DNA from: Porphyromonadaceae bacterium
GTDB taxonomy: Bacteria; Bacteroidota; Bacteroidia; Bacteroidales; UBA12481
NCBI GenBank assembly: GCA_007280905.1
Contig: QYQM01000054.1
Coordinates: forward strand, 22,107-86,106
Reading direction: 5' to 3'
DNA: 64,000 bases
Made by a program: the position numbers and the translations under genes. Positions 9,493 through 17,655 of this stretch are shown here, in pieces (within the stretch, counting starts at the first letter, position 1; each line of letters starts with the position of its first letter). The notes below the pieces were generated by a model. It had not been told where the DNA came from, did no database searches, and saw nothing but the letters and a program-made list of their open reading frames with translations.

Positions 9493-10404
9493 ATGATAAA
9501 AATTTTGCTGACCGGAGCCAATGGCCTTGTCGGACAAACTCTTGCCGGCAAGATTCAATTGTTGCACGGATTTGAACTCCTGGCCACTTCTGCATCAGAT
9601 TGCAAGGTAAAAGGAGTGGAGCCGGTTCGTTTTTCTATAATGGATATTACCTCACCGGACCAGGTTAATACGATTTTTGACCGGTTTAAACCTGATGTGG
9701 TGATTCATTGCGCAGCCCTGACGCAGGTGGATCCCTGCGAGTTGAATCCGGATTTGTGCGATAAGGTGAACATTGAGGGAACCCGTCTGGTAGCGAAAGC
9801 AGCGGAAGAGAGCGGCGCCCGGTTTATTTATCTTTCAACAGATTTTGTGTTCGATGGATTGAATGGCCCCTACAGCGAAGATGATCAGCCAAACCCGGTA
9901 AGTGTTTATGGCTGGTCGAAACTGCAGGGTGAATTTATTACCAGATCATTGAAGGTGCCATGGATAATTGTTCGCACTATCCTCGTTTACGGGTTCACAC
10001 CGTCTATGAGCCGGTTCAACATGGTTACCTGGGTGCGTGATTCTCTCATCAATCATAAACCGATCAGGTTAGTTGACGACCAGTTCCGGATGCCAACACT
10101 GGTGGATGACCTTGCCGATGGCATCATCCGGATTATCAAAAGAGATAAAACCGGAATCTACCATCTTTCGGGGCCCGAAATGACCTCTGTTCTTGACTTT
10201 GCTGTTCAAACTGCACGGTTCTTCAATCTCGATGAATCACTGATTTCGCCTGTTCATTCGGATTCTTTGAATCAACCCGGCCGGCGTCCGGTATCAACCG
10301 GATTTATCCTTGAAAAGGCGATCGGAGAGTTAGATTATGCCCCGCGAAACCTCAATCAAGGGCTTACGGTGGCACGGAATTTGCTTTCAGATTATACTGT
10401 TTAG
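9493..10404 (+). CDS. SDR-family NAD(P)-dependent reductase, RmlD (dTDP-4-dehydrorhamnose reductase)-like
   Basis: ATG at 9493 gives MIKILLTGANGLVGQ (Rossmann GxxGxxG). YLSTDFVFDG and SVYGWSKLQGE (YxxxK) are present. The ORF-track N-terminal extension overlaps the DUF2851 gene and was trimmed. Confidence 0.7.
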   Translation: MIKILLTGANGLVGQTLAGKIQLLHGFELLATSASDCKVKGVEPVRFSIMDITSPDQVNTIFDRFKPDVVIHCAALTQVDPCELNPDLCDKVNIEGTRLVAKAAEESGARFIYLSTDFVFDGLNGPYSEDDQPNPVSVYGWSKLQGEFITRSLKVPWIIVRTILVYGFTPSMSRFNMVTWVRDSLINHKPIRLVDDQFRMPTLVDDLADGIIRIIKRDKTGIYHLSGPEMTSVLDFAVQTARFFNLDESLISPVHSDSLNQPGRRPVSTGFILEKAIGELDYAPRNLNQGLTVARNLLSDYTV

Positions 10405-10440
10405 GCATATGTCCCCCTTGTGCTTTAGATATTTTTAGCT

Positions 10441-10935
10441 ATGAAAACAAAATATCTCTGGTTGTTTTTTTCTTTCCTGTCGGTATTCGGATGTGATCGA
10501 GAAGGATCTGTCGTTCCTTCTATTAATCTGATTAGCAATTCGGAATGTAAGGGAAAGGGTTTGAAAGCAGTTGCTGACCATTCCTCCGATCAGGATTGTA
10601 TCCAATATACGTGGGTGAGCGGGGATACCCTGATAATAAAGCACATGAATGCCGGATTTAATTGTTGCCCTGACGGTTTTCGGGTAGAGCTCAAGATTGT
10701 TGGTGATACGCTGGTCATTACCGAGGTTGAGAATGCCTCCATGTGTGATTGTAATTGTCTGTTCGACCTTAACTATAATCTGACTGGGATTAGTAAAGAC
10801 ACCTGGTGGATCCGGATAGAGGAACCCTATGTGCAGCAACCTGAAGAGAAGAAAATCCTGTTCAAAACAGAATTAAGAAAGAATCCTGACGGGGAATTTT
10901 GTGTTACCCGAACGGGGTATCCCTGGAAGTTATGA
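10441..10935 (+). CDS. Small Cys-rich lipoprotein (8 conserved Cys after the lipobox), unrecognised family; paralog of 13523-14029
   Basis: Lipobox LSVFGC. Motifs shared with its paralog: GDxLxIxHxNAGFNCCP, CxCNCLF(D/N)L, EPxV, GxFCVTR. Ends 25 nt upstream of serpin 1. Confidence 0.75.
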   Translation: MKTKYLWLFFSFLSVFGCDREGSVVPSINLISNSECKGKGLKAVADHSSDQDCIQYTWVSGDTLIIKHMNAGFNCCPDGFRVELKIVGDTLVITEVENASMCDCNCLFDLNYNLTGISKDTWWIRIEEPYVQQPEEKKILFKTELRKNPDGEFCVTRTGYPWKL

Positions 10936-10960
10936 TAAACAATGCTTTGTGATTAATAAT

Positions 10961-12178
10961 ATGAAAACATTGGAGAGATTTTTAGTTGTGATGGTTATGG
11001 TTGTTATGATCGCTTCGTGTTCGAAGGATAAGGATTATGAAACCAAACCATTGAACCTTCCGCTCAAAGCAGCCGGGGTGATCACAGCAGATAATACGTT
11101 TGGGCTGGATTTATATACCAAACTTGCCGGAGCAGCTGTTTCGGGAACAAACCTGATGATTTCGCCACTGAGCGTTTCACAGGCATTATCAATGACTTAT
11201 AATGGTGCCAATGGTGATACCAAAACCGCAATGGAGGAGGCACTTCGGATTGCTGGTTATGACCGGGACGAATTGAATCAATTGAATAAGACACTTGTAA
11301 CAGCCCTGGTTGCGCATGATGCCAAGGTGATAATATCGATCGCAAATTCGATCTGGTACCGGAAGGAGTACACTGTTTTACCTGATTTCATCACCAGAAA
11401 TCAAACTTATTATGATGCTGAAATCCGGCCGATGGACTTTACCGCTTCTGATTGCAAAACCGTGATTAATAACTGGGTATCCGATAAAACCAATAAAAAG
11501 ATCACCGAGATTGTGGATCAGATCAACCCTGAATCCTTTATGTTCCTGATCAATGCCATCTATTTTAAGGGTGCCTGGACCTATGCGTTTGATAAAAAAG
11601 ATACGTATCAGCAACCTTTCTATCTGGAAGACGGGAAAGAGGTTCAGGTGGATATGATGCATCAGGAAATGGATCTGAATATGTTTGCCAATGAAACATT
11701 TACATCGGTTGAACTACCTTACGGAAAGGGCAACTGGCGGATGTTCCTTTTTCTCCCGGAGACCGGGAAAACAGTATCCGATGTGGAAAAAAACTTTACC
11801 CCTGAGAATTGGAATAGCTGGCTGAATCGTTATGACACCATCTCTGAAGTGCAGTTTTCGCTTCCTAAATTCACCTTTTCTTATGAGGAGAGCCTGAAAG
11901 ATGCCCTTTCGGCAATGGGCATGGAGATTGCCTTTACCGATAAGGCCGACTTTACAGGGATCTTGCCGGAGGGAGGATTACTGATCACCGGTGTAAAACA
12001 CAAAACATTCATTGAGGTTAATGAAGAAGGGACTGAGGCTGCAGCGGTAACTTCAGTGGAGATAGGCCTTACCTCAATCGGTAATTTCATTACCTTTAAC
12101 AAACCGTTTCTATTTGCCATCGCGGAGAAATCCACCGGGGCGATTTTGTTTATCGGGAGAATGATGAAACCGGAATAA
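10961..12178 (+). CDS. Serpin (inhibitory type), lipoprotein; serpin 1
   Basis: ATG at 10961 gives MKTLERFLVVMVMVVMIASC (lipobox). Canonical hinge NEEGTEAAAVT and C-terminal FNKPFLFAI. Counting by alignment to alpha-1-antitrypsin spacing puts P1-P1' at Thr-Ser. Confidence 0.9.
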   Translation: MKTLERFLVVMVMVVMIASCSKDKDYETKPLNLPLKAAGVITADNTFGLDLYTKLAGAAVSGTNLMISPLSVSQALSMTYNGANGDTKTAMEEALRIAGYDRDELNQLNKTLVTALVAHDAKVIISIANSIWYRKEYTVLPDFITRNQTYYDAEIRPMDFTASDCKTVINNWVSDKTNKKITEIVDQINPESFMFLINAIYFKGAWTYAFDKKDTYQQPFYLEDGKEVQVDMMHQEMDLNMFANETFTSVELPYGKGNWRMFLFLPETGKTVSDVEKNFTPENWNSWLNRYDTISEVQFSLPKFTFSYEESLKDALSAMGMEIAFTDKADFTGILPEGGLLITGVKHKTFIEVNEEGTEAAAVTSVEIGLTSIGNFITFNKPFLFAIAEKSTGAILFIGRMMKPE

Positions 12179-12187
12179 ACGGGAGGA

Positions 12188-12238
12188 CGTTAAGGGCGTA
12201 AAGGATGTAAAGAAAGAAAAGAATGAAAAGAACGTGAG
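12188..12238 (+). repeat. Degenerate purine-rich period-8/9 word array (NGTAAAGG-like)
   Basis: cgttaaggg cgtaaagg atgtaaag aaagaaaag aatgaaaag aacgtgag, immediately after the serpin 1 stop. Confidence 0.5.
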
Positions 12239-12244
12239 ATTGTA

Positions 12245-12266
12245 GAGACGGATAATTATCCGTCTC
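12245..12266. promoter_or_regulatory. Perfect 22-bp palindrome between the two serpin genes (operator or processing hairpin candidate)
   Basis: gagacggataa|ttatccgtctc is a perfect palindrome. A third half-site, atccgtct, lies at 12271-12278. No T-run follows, so it is not a canonical terminator. Confidence 0.5.
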
Positions 12267-12305
12267 ATGATCATCCGTCTTAAGAAATTGAATAGGGGAA
12301 TTATT

Positions 12306-13520
12306 ATGAAAAGGATTAGTAAACTGATAGTTGTGGTATTGATAGTGGGATTTTGGTTCGCCTGTGATAAGGAGCCGGATCAGCCGCAACCACTGAACCT
12401 GACCCGAAATGAGCTTAAGGTTCTGCAGCAGGGCAACCAGTTTGGATTTGATCTTTTTAACCTGATGGGGAAAGAAAGCCCTGATTCAAATCTTTGCATA
12501 TCACCATACAGCATTTATACCGCATTGTCCATGGCTGCAAATGGAGCGGATAACCAAACGCTGGATGAAATGCTCAATCTTCTGGGCTTCCCGGGAAAGG
12601 ATGTGGCCGATCTGAATAAATCAGTCAAAAACCTGAACCAGGTTCTGATCGGGAAAGATCCGACTACGGTTTTCGAAACCGCCAACTCGGTTTGGTACAA
12701 TACAAACGGATTTACCGTATACCCTGATTTTACAGCCAACCTTCAGAATTATTATTCTGCAAGAGTTGAAGGGCTCGATTTTTCTGCACCTTCGGCTTTG
12801 GCCACGGTAAATGGATGGGTTAAAGAAAAGACACATGATAAAATTGATAAGATCATCGAAAAGATTAACCCCGAAGATGTATGTTTCCTGATCAATGCCC
12901 TCTATTTCAATGGAAAATGGACAAACCGGTTTGATAAGGACGATACTCACCTGGATTCTTTTACCAGTGCGTCGGGGAAAAGCCAGCAGGTACCAACAAT
13001 GTACCTGAAAGATACTTTAAACGCTATAATTACAGCAGATTTGCTAGCTGTTGAGCTGCCTTACGGGGATGGCAGCTGGTCGATGTACCTCTTTCTTCCT
13101 CCGAAGAATGTAAATCTGGATGATTGGTGCAGTCAGCAACTTTCGGGAGGTTGGGAAGATCTTCGGTCACAATTCGAGCCTGTGGAGGGAATGGAAGTTT
13201 ATCTGCCCCAGTTTAAGCTCGAAAATTCATTTGAACTCAGCAAGCAATTAAAGCAACTTGGTATTCCGACTGCCTTTACCGATGCCGCTGATTTTTCGAA
13301 GCTGGGTCCCGGATCCCTCTCCATCAGCCAGGTTTTGCATAAAACCTATATCGATGTTAATGAGGATGGAACCGAAGCTGCCGCTGTAACGGCTGTGATC
13401 ATTACCAGAACCTCAATGCCTGTTGATGTGATCCGGTTTAATCATCCCTTTATCTTTGTAATTGCTGAAAAATCAACGGGTTCCATAATTTTCATCGGAA
13501 AATTGATGAATCCGGAATAG
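12306..13520 (+). CDS. Serpin (inhibitory type), lipoprotein; serpin 2
   Basis: ATG at 12306 gives MKRISKLIVVVLIVGFWFAC (lipobox). Hinge NEDGTEAAAVT. RCL VIITRTSMPVDV differs from serpin 1. C-terminal FNHPFIFVI. Confidence 0.9.
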   Translation: MKRISKLIVVVLIVGFWFACDKEPDQPQPLNLTRNELKVLQQGNQFGFDLFNLMGKESPDSNLCISPYSIYTALSMAANGADNQTLDEMLNLLGFPGKDVADLNKSVKNLNQVLIGKDPTTVFETANSVWYNTNGFTVYPDFTANLQNYYSARVEGLDFSAPSALATVNGWVKEKTHDKIDKIIEKINPEDVCFLINALYFNGKWTNRFDKDDTHLDSFTSASGKSQQVPTMYLKDTLNAIITADLLAVELPYGDGSWSMYLFLPPKNVNLDDWCSQQLSGGWEDLRSQFEPVEGMEVYLPQFKLENSFELSKQLKQLGIPTAFTDAADFSKLGPGSLSISQVLHKTYIDVNEDGTEAAAVTAVIITRTSMPVDVIRFNHPFIFVIAEKSTGSIIFIGKLMNPE

Positions 13521-13522
13521 CC

Positions 13523-14029
13523 ATGAAAACAAGAACCTTTCTTTTATTGCCATTTTTAACCCTGGTGACCAGCTTTTGGCTTTCCTGCGCAAGGCAGGAT
13601 CATAACGGAGCAGCACTATCGGTTACGAATTCCTCAGATATGATGTGCAGGGCCAATGACCCGCTGAAAAGCAACGATCCTGCTCCGGAATCTTCCTGTA
13701 TCAATTTCAGTTACGATGGAGACAGTTTGCTCACCATGATGCATTATAACGCGGGTTTCAATTGCTGTCCTGAGCGTTTTACCGTGGATATTGAAGTCAA
13801 AGGCGACAGTCTGATCATCAGGGAAGCTGAACTCAAACAAGGTTGTAAGTGTAATTGTCTATTTAACCTTGAGATCAAGGTTCACAACCTTCCGGCCGAT
13901 ACCTATCATGTCAGGTTTGTTGAACCCTGTGTCAACCATTCGATACCTCGACTTATCTTTGACCTGGATCTGAAGAAGGAGCCGGTGGGGCAATTTTGCG
14001 TAACCAGGCCTGAAGGATGGTGGAACTAG
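13523..14029 (+). CDS. Small Cys-rich lipoprotein, paralog of 10441-10935
   Basis: Lipobox FWLSC. Shares the NAGFNCCP / CKCNCLFNL / FCVTR scaffold. Starts 2 nt after the serpin 2 stop. Confidence 0.75.
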   Translation: MKTRTFLLLPFLTLVTSFWLSCARQDHNGAALSVTNSSDMMCRANDPLKSNDPAPESSCINFSYDGDSLLTMMHYNAGFNCCPERFTVDIEVKGDSLIIREAELKQGCKCNCLFNLEIKVHNLPADTYHVRFVEPCVNHSIPRLIFDLDLKKEPVGQFCVTRPEGWWN

Positions 14030-14092
14030 CAAATACCAAAAAACAAAAAACAAATCCCAAATAAGCTCCAAACTCCAAAACTCAAAATCGAA
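14030..14092 (+). repeat. C/A-only period-7 word arrays (CAAAWNN x5, then CTCCAAA-like x3-4)
   Basis: caaatac caaaaaa caaaaaa caaatcc caaataa gctccaa actccaa aactcaa aatcgaa, starting directly after the stop at 14027-14029. Confidence 0.75.
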
Positions 14093-14107
14093 GCGTTGTC
14101 ACCCCGG

Positions 14108-14128
14108 TGATAACTGATAACTGACAAC
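14108..14128 (+). repeat. Tandem heptamer array, YGATAAC family (3 units), abutting a start codon
   Basis: tgataac tgataac tgacaac, then aa, then ATG at 14131. Confidence 0.8.
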
Positions 14129-14130
14129 AA

Positions 14131-14814
14131 ATGGAAAATAAAAACTTTCTTATAGGTGCGATAATTCTGGTGGCCGTTGGGCTTTTTGTTTCCTGTCATG
14201 AAGACCCCAATGAATTTTGCGAGTACGGGTTTAAAAAAGCTACAGTGGTTTATAGTGGTGCGCCGGAGGTTGACGGATGCGGATGGAAGATTTTAATCGA
14301 TTCTGTCTACTATCATCCGGTTAATCTCAGTATTGATTATCAAATTAGTGATCTGCCGATCCTGATAAAATACACGGCTGATCCTGAAGAATTCCGGTGT
14401 GGCCGGGGAGGGGCTACTTATCAGTCGATACGGATTACAGAAATTAAGAAGAATCCTGAAGAGGTTGGTATTCTTCATGAAAATGAATGGGAAAAGTATT
14501 CGATGGACCCGTTCCACCTCGATTCAGCCTATGTGGATGACGATTTGCTCATGATGCAGGTCAGCTATAGCGGCGGCTGCAGGAACCATGAATTAAATCT
14601 GTGGAAGCTTCCTCCGAATGCTTTGAATCCGCCACCCATTGAATTAGCGCTATCTCATGATGCCAATGGGGATATGTGCGAAGCTTATATCACCCGCTGG
14701 CTAATTTTCTCTCTGGTTCCACTTCGGGAAAGAGGAAAGAAGGAGATTAAGTTTCTTCTGCGAGGGTCACCGGAGATGTCGGCGTATTTCGGGACATACA
14801 TTTATAAATACTAA
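14131..14814 (+). CDS. Two-domain Cys-containing lipoprotein, function unknown
   Basis: Lipobox GLFVSC. The N-terminal half has the VDGCGWKILID motif. The C-terminal half has VSYSGGCRNHELNLW...SHDANGDMCEAY. It is the last gene of the serpin island. Confidence 0.65.
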   Translation: MENKNFLIGAIILVAVGLFVSCHEDPNEFCEYGFKKATVVYSGAPEVDGCGWKILIDSVYYHPVNLSIDYQISDLPILIKYTADPEEFRCGRGGATYQSIRITEIKKNPEEVGILHENEWEKYSMDPFHLDSAYVDDDLLMMQVSYSGGCRNHELNLWKLPPNALNPPPIELALSHDANGDMCEAYITRWLIFSLVPLRERGKKEIKFLLRGSPEMSAYFGTYIYKY

Positions 14815-14851
14815 GACTTTAAGACTGTAAGACTGTAAGACTGTAAGACTG
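14812..14851 (+). repeat. Tandem octamer array TAAGACTK x5, starting on the stop codon of the upstream gene
   Basis: taagactt taagactg taagactg taagactg taagactg. The first TAA is the stop of the 14131-14814 gene. Confidence 0.9.
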
Positions 14852-14886
14852 TGAGAGGATAGCTTCGGAGAAAATCTCATAGTCTT
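14845..14886 (+). terminator. Hairpin formed by the last octamer unit and an inverted partner word (terminator candidate)
   Basis: aagactgtgaga (14845-14856) pairs with tctcatagtctt (14875-14886): 12 bp including one G-U. The 18-nt loop contains cttcgg. The hairpin is followed by ttgg. More AGTCTW words lie at 14897-14902 and 14905-14910. Confidence 0.4.
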
Positions 14887-14933
14887 TTGGTTCTAAAGTC
14901 TAATAGTCTTTCCTCAACGTCCTCACGAGTTTT

Positions 14934-14964
14934 TTTGGTTTACTGAATCTTTTTCGTATTTTTG
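14934..14964 (+). promoter_or_regulatory. Bacteroidota-type promoter candidate for rpsO
   Basis: TTTG at 14934-14937, 19 nt spacer, TATTTTTG (TAnnTTTG) at 14957-14964; 38 nt before the ATG. Confidence 0.5.
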
Positions 14965-15002
14965 CGCGTCAATTTAAAGAAAACTGTAAAATTTTAGTAA
15001 AC

Positions 15003-15272
15003 ATGTACTTAACGGCAGAAAAGAAACAAGAATTTTTCGAGAAGTACGGGAAGTCCAATACAGACACCGGTTCATCAGAGGGACAGGTTGCCTTATTCTC
15101 ATACCGTATTGCTCATTTGACGGGACATTTGAAGAAAAACCGCAAGGACTTCAGCACCCAGCGATCGTTGATCAGATTAGTAGGTAAACGCAGAAGGCTG
15201 CTCAACTACCTCAAGGACCGGGACATAGCGCGTTACCGGACGATTATTAAAGAATTGAATTTACGTAAATAA
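15003..15272 (+). CDS. rpsO: 30S ribosomal protein S15
   Basis: 89 aa: MYLTAEKKQEFFEKYGKSNTDTGSSEGQVALFSYRIAHLTGHLKKNRKDFSTQRSL... Confidence 0.95.
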   Translation: MYLTAEKKQEFFEKYGKSNTDTGSSEGQVALFSYRIAHLTGHLKKNRKDFSTQRSLIRLVGKRRRLLNYLKDRDIARYRTIIKELNLRK

Positions 15273-15284
15273 CCCAAGAAAAAA

Positions 15285-15310
15285 AAGGCAATTTCATAAT
15301 TGCCTTTTTT
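15285..15310 (+). terminator. Rho-independent terminator/attenuator between rpsO and pnp
   Basis: aaggcaatt-tcat-aattgcctt (9-bp perfect stem) followed by a T-run. Confidence 0.8.
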
Positions 15311-15336
15311 CTTCTTAATTAATCCGATTTTATAAA

Positions 15337-17589
15337 ATGTATCAAGTTTATCAGAAGACCATCACCTTGAAGGATGGACGGACGATAACCATTGAAACCG
15401 GTAAACTGGCCAAACAGGCCGACGGTTCGGTGGTGGTGACCATGGGAAAAACCATGATCCTGGCGGCAGTGTGTGCCTCCAAAACGGCAAAAGAAGGTGT
15501 CGACTTCATGCCTCTGAGTGTTGAATATAAAGAGAAATTTGCTGCAGCCGGCCGTTTCCCGGGTGGATTCATGAAAAGGGAAGCCCGTCCGAATGACAAT
15601 GAGATCCTGATTTCCCGCCTGGTCGACCGCGCTTTGCGTCCACTGTTCCCGGATGATTATCATGCAGAAGTTTTTGTATCGATCAGCCTGATGTCAGGTG
15701 ATCCAACCTGTCCCCCGGATGCGCTGGCAGGATTAGCTGCTTCGGCAGCATTTGCACTTACCGATATTCCTTTTGCAGGCCCGATCAGTGAAGTGCGCGT
15801 TGCCCGTATCGATGGCGACCTGGTTATTAACCCGGGCATGGAAGACCTTAAGGATGCTGATATTGATGTCATTATCGCCGGAACCTATGACAATATCATG
15901 ATGGTTGAAGGTGAAATGCATGAAGTTTCCGAAGCCGGGATGCTCGAGGCAATCAAGTTCGGCCATGAAGAAATAAAGAGACATTGCCAGGTTCAGCTGG
16001 AACTTCGCAAAGAGCTCGGAAAAGACAGCGTCAGGGAGTATTGCCATGAAACTAACGATCCTGATCTGAAAGCAAGAGTTTTCGAAGCCACCTACCAGCA
16101 AGTTTACGACATCGCTAAGGCTCAAATGCCTAAGCATGAACGTAATGATGCATGGGAAAAGCTCGAAACCGATTATGTCACTTCTCTGGGAGAAGGAGCT
16201 ACGGATTTGATTAAGTCGATGGTAAAGAGATATTTCCACGATGTTATGAAAGAGGCTACCCGCAATTTGCTCCTCGATGAAGGCATCCGTCTGGATGGCC
16301 GAAAAACCGATGAGATCCGCCCGATCTGGAGCGAAATTGATTATCTACCGATGGCTCACGGTTCGGCAATTTTCACCCGGGGTGAAACCCAGTCACTGAC
16401 AACCATTACCCTGGGAACAAAACTCGACGAGAAAATTGTCGACGAAGTTTTGAACCAGGGAAAAGACAGGTTCCTGCTCCATTATAATTTTCCGCCTTTC
16501 TCGACCGGAGAAGCACGTCCCGTTCGTGGTATCAGCCGCAGGGAAATCGGTCATGGCAACCTGGCTCACCGGGCCATTAAGGCTATATTGCCGGATGCTG
16601 AAGATAATCCGTACGTAATTCGCATTGTTTCAGACATCCTCGAGTCGAACGGCTCCTCTTCCATGGCAACGGTTTGCGCCGCTACCCTGGCTCTGATGGA
16701 TGCCGGCGTTAAAATAAAGAAACCGGTTTCCGGTATTGCCATGGGACTGGTGGTTGGTAAAGACAAGAGATATAAGGTATTGTCCGATATCCTCGGCGAT
16801 GAGGATCATCTTGGCGATATGGACTTCAAAGTTACCGGCACCAGGGATGGCATAACCGCCTGCCAGATGGACATCAAAGTCGACGGGCTGTCCTATGAGA
16901 TCCTGGCCGAGGCACTGGAACAGGCAAACCGCGGAAGAATGCATATTCTCGACAAGATTCTGGAAACCATTTCAGAACCCCGTGAAGACTATAAACCACA
17001 CGTTCCGAGGATCCAGACCATGACCATCCCGAAAGAGCTGATCGGCGCTGTAATCGGTACAGGCGGAAAGATCATACAGGAAATACAATTGCGTACCCAT
17101 ACCATCATCACCATTGAGGAAAAAGATGGTATCGGATTTATCGAGGTAGCTGCTCCTGATAAGGAAGCCATCGAGGCTGCCATGGAAATAATCCAGGGTA
17201 TTTGTGCTGTTCCGGAAGTGGGCCAGATTTACAACGGTAAAGTGGTATCGATAGTTGCCTTTGGTGCATTCGTCGAAATCCTCCCGGGCAAAGAAGGTCT
17301 GCTTCATATTTCGGAAATTTCGTTTAAACGTTTGGAAACTGTTGAGGAAGAACTCAAAGTTGGCCAGATGATTGAGGTGAAACTCATCGAAATTGATGAG
17401 AAATCCGGTAAATATCGCCTCTCGAGAAAGGTTCTTCTCGAAAAGCCTGAAGGTTATGTAGAGCCTGTTCAGCACGATCGTGGCCCAAGAGGTCCGCGTG
17501 ATGACAGGGGCGGACGTGACAACCGGGATCGCCGTGATGGAGGCGATCGTGGTGGAAGGCCACCCCGCCGGGATTATGACCGTCGTTAA
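15337..17589 (+). CDS. pnp: Polyribonucleotide nucleotidyltransferase (PNPase) with an Arg/Gly/Asp-rich C-terminal tail
   Basis: 750 aa. Two RNase PH domains, KH ([15 protein letters not shown]) and S1 ([20 protein letters not shown]). The tail is [36 protein letters not shown]. Confidence 0.95.
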   Translation: MYQVYQKTITLKDGRTITIETGKLAKQADGSVVVTMGKTMILAAVCASKTAKEGVDFMPLSVEYKEKFAAAGRFPGGFMKREARPNDNEILISRLVDRALRPLFPDDYHAEVFVSISLMSGDPTCPPDALAGLAASAAFALTDIPFAGPISEVRVARIDGDLVINPGMEDLKDADIDVIIAGTYDNIMMVEGEMHEVSEAGMLEAIKFGHEEIKRHCQVQLELRKELGKDSVREYCHETNDPDLKARVFEATYQQVYDIAKAQMPKHERNDAWEKLETDYVTSLGEGATDLIKSMVKRYFHDVMKEATRNLLLDEGIRLDGRKTDEIRPIWSEIDYLPMAHGSAIFTRGETQSLTTITLGTKLDEKIVDEVLNQGKDRFLLHYNFPPFSTGEARPVRGISRREIGHGNLAHRAIKAILPDAEDNPYVIRIVSDILESNGSSSMATVCAATLALMDAGVKIKKPVSGIAMGLVVGKDKRYKVLSDILGDEDHLGDMDFKVTGTRDGITACQMDIKVDGLSYEILAEALEQANRGRMHILDKILETISEPREDYKPHVPRIQTMTIPKELIGAVIGTGGKIIQEIQLRTHTIITIEEKDGIGFIEVAAPDKEAIEAAMEIIQGICAVPEVGQIYNGKVVSIVAFGAFVEILPGKEGLLHISEISFKRLETVEEELKVGQMIEVKLIEIDEKSGKYRLSRKVLLEKPEGYVEPVQHDRGPRGPRDDRGGRDNRDRRDGGDRGGRPPRRDYDRR

Positions 17590-17617
17590 TAGATCGGTTA
17601 ATAAGATAAAGCTGATA

Positions 17618-17650
17618 AAATCCCCGCAATCGCGGGGATTTTTTATTTTT
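17618..17650 (+). terminator. Rho-independent terminator after pnp
   Basis: tccccgc-aatc-gcgggga hairpin followed by ttttttatttt. Confidence 0.8.
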
Positions 17651-17655
17651 AGGCG

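Noticed and set aside
10441-14814. Serpin island as a horizontally acquired mobile island
   Set aside because: There is no integrase, transposase, tRNA attachment site or flanking direct repeat visible. I cannot compute a compositional deviation reliably by eye, so mobility is not claimed.
14812-14851. Possibility that the short tandem word arrays (here and at 21446-21630, 24110-24276 and others) are CRISPR arrays
   Set aside because: The units are only 7-11 nt and directly abut one another without unique spacers. No cas genes are in the window.
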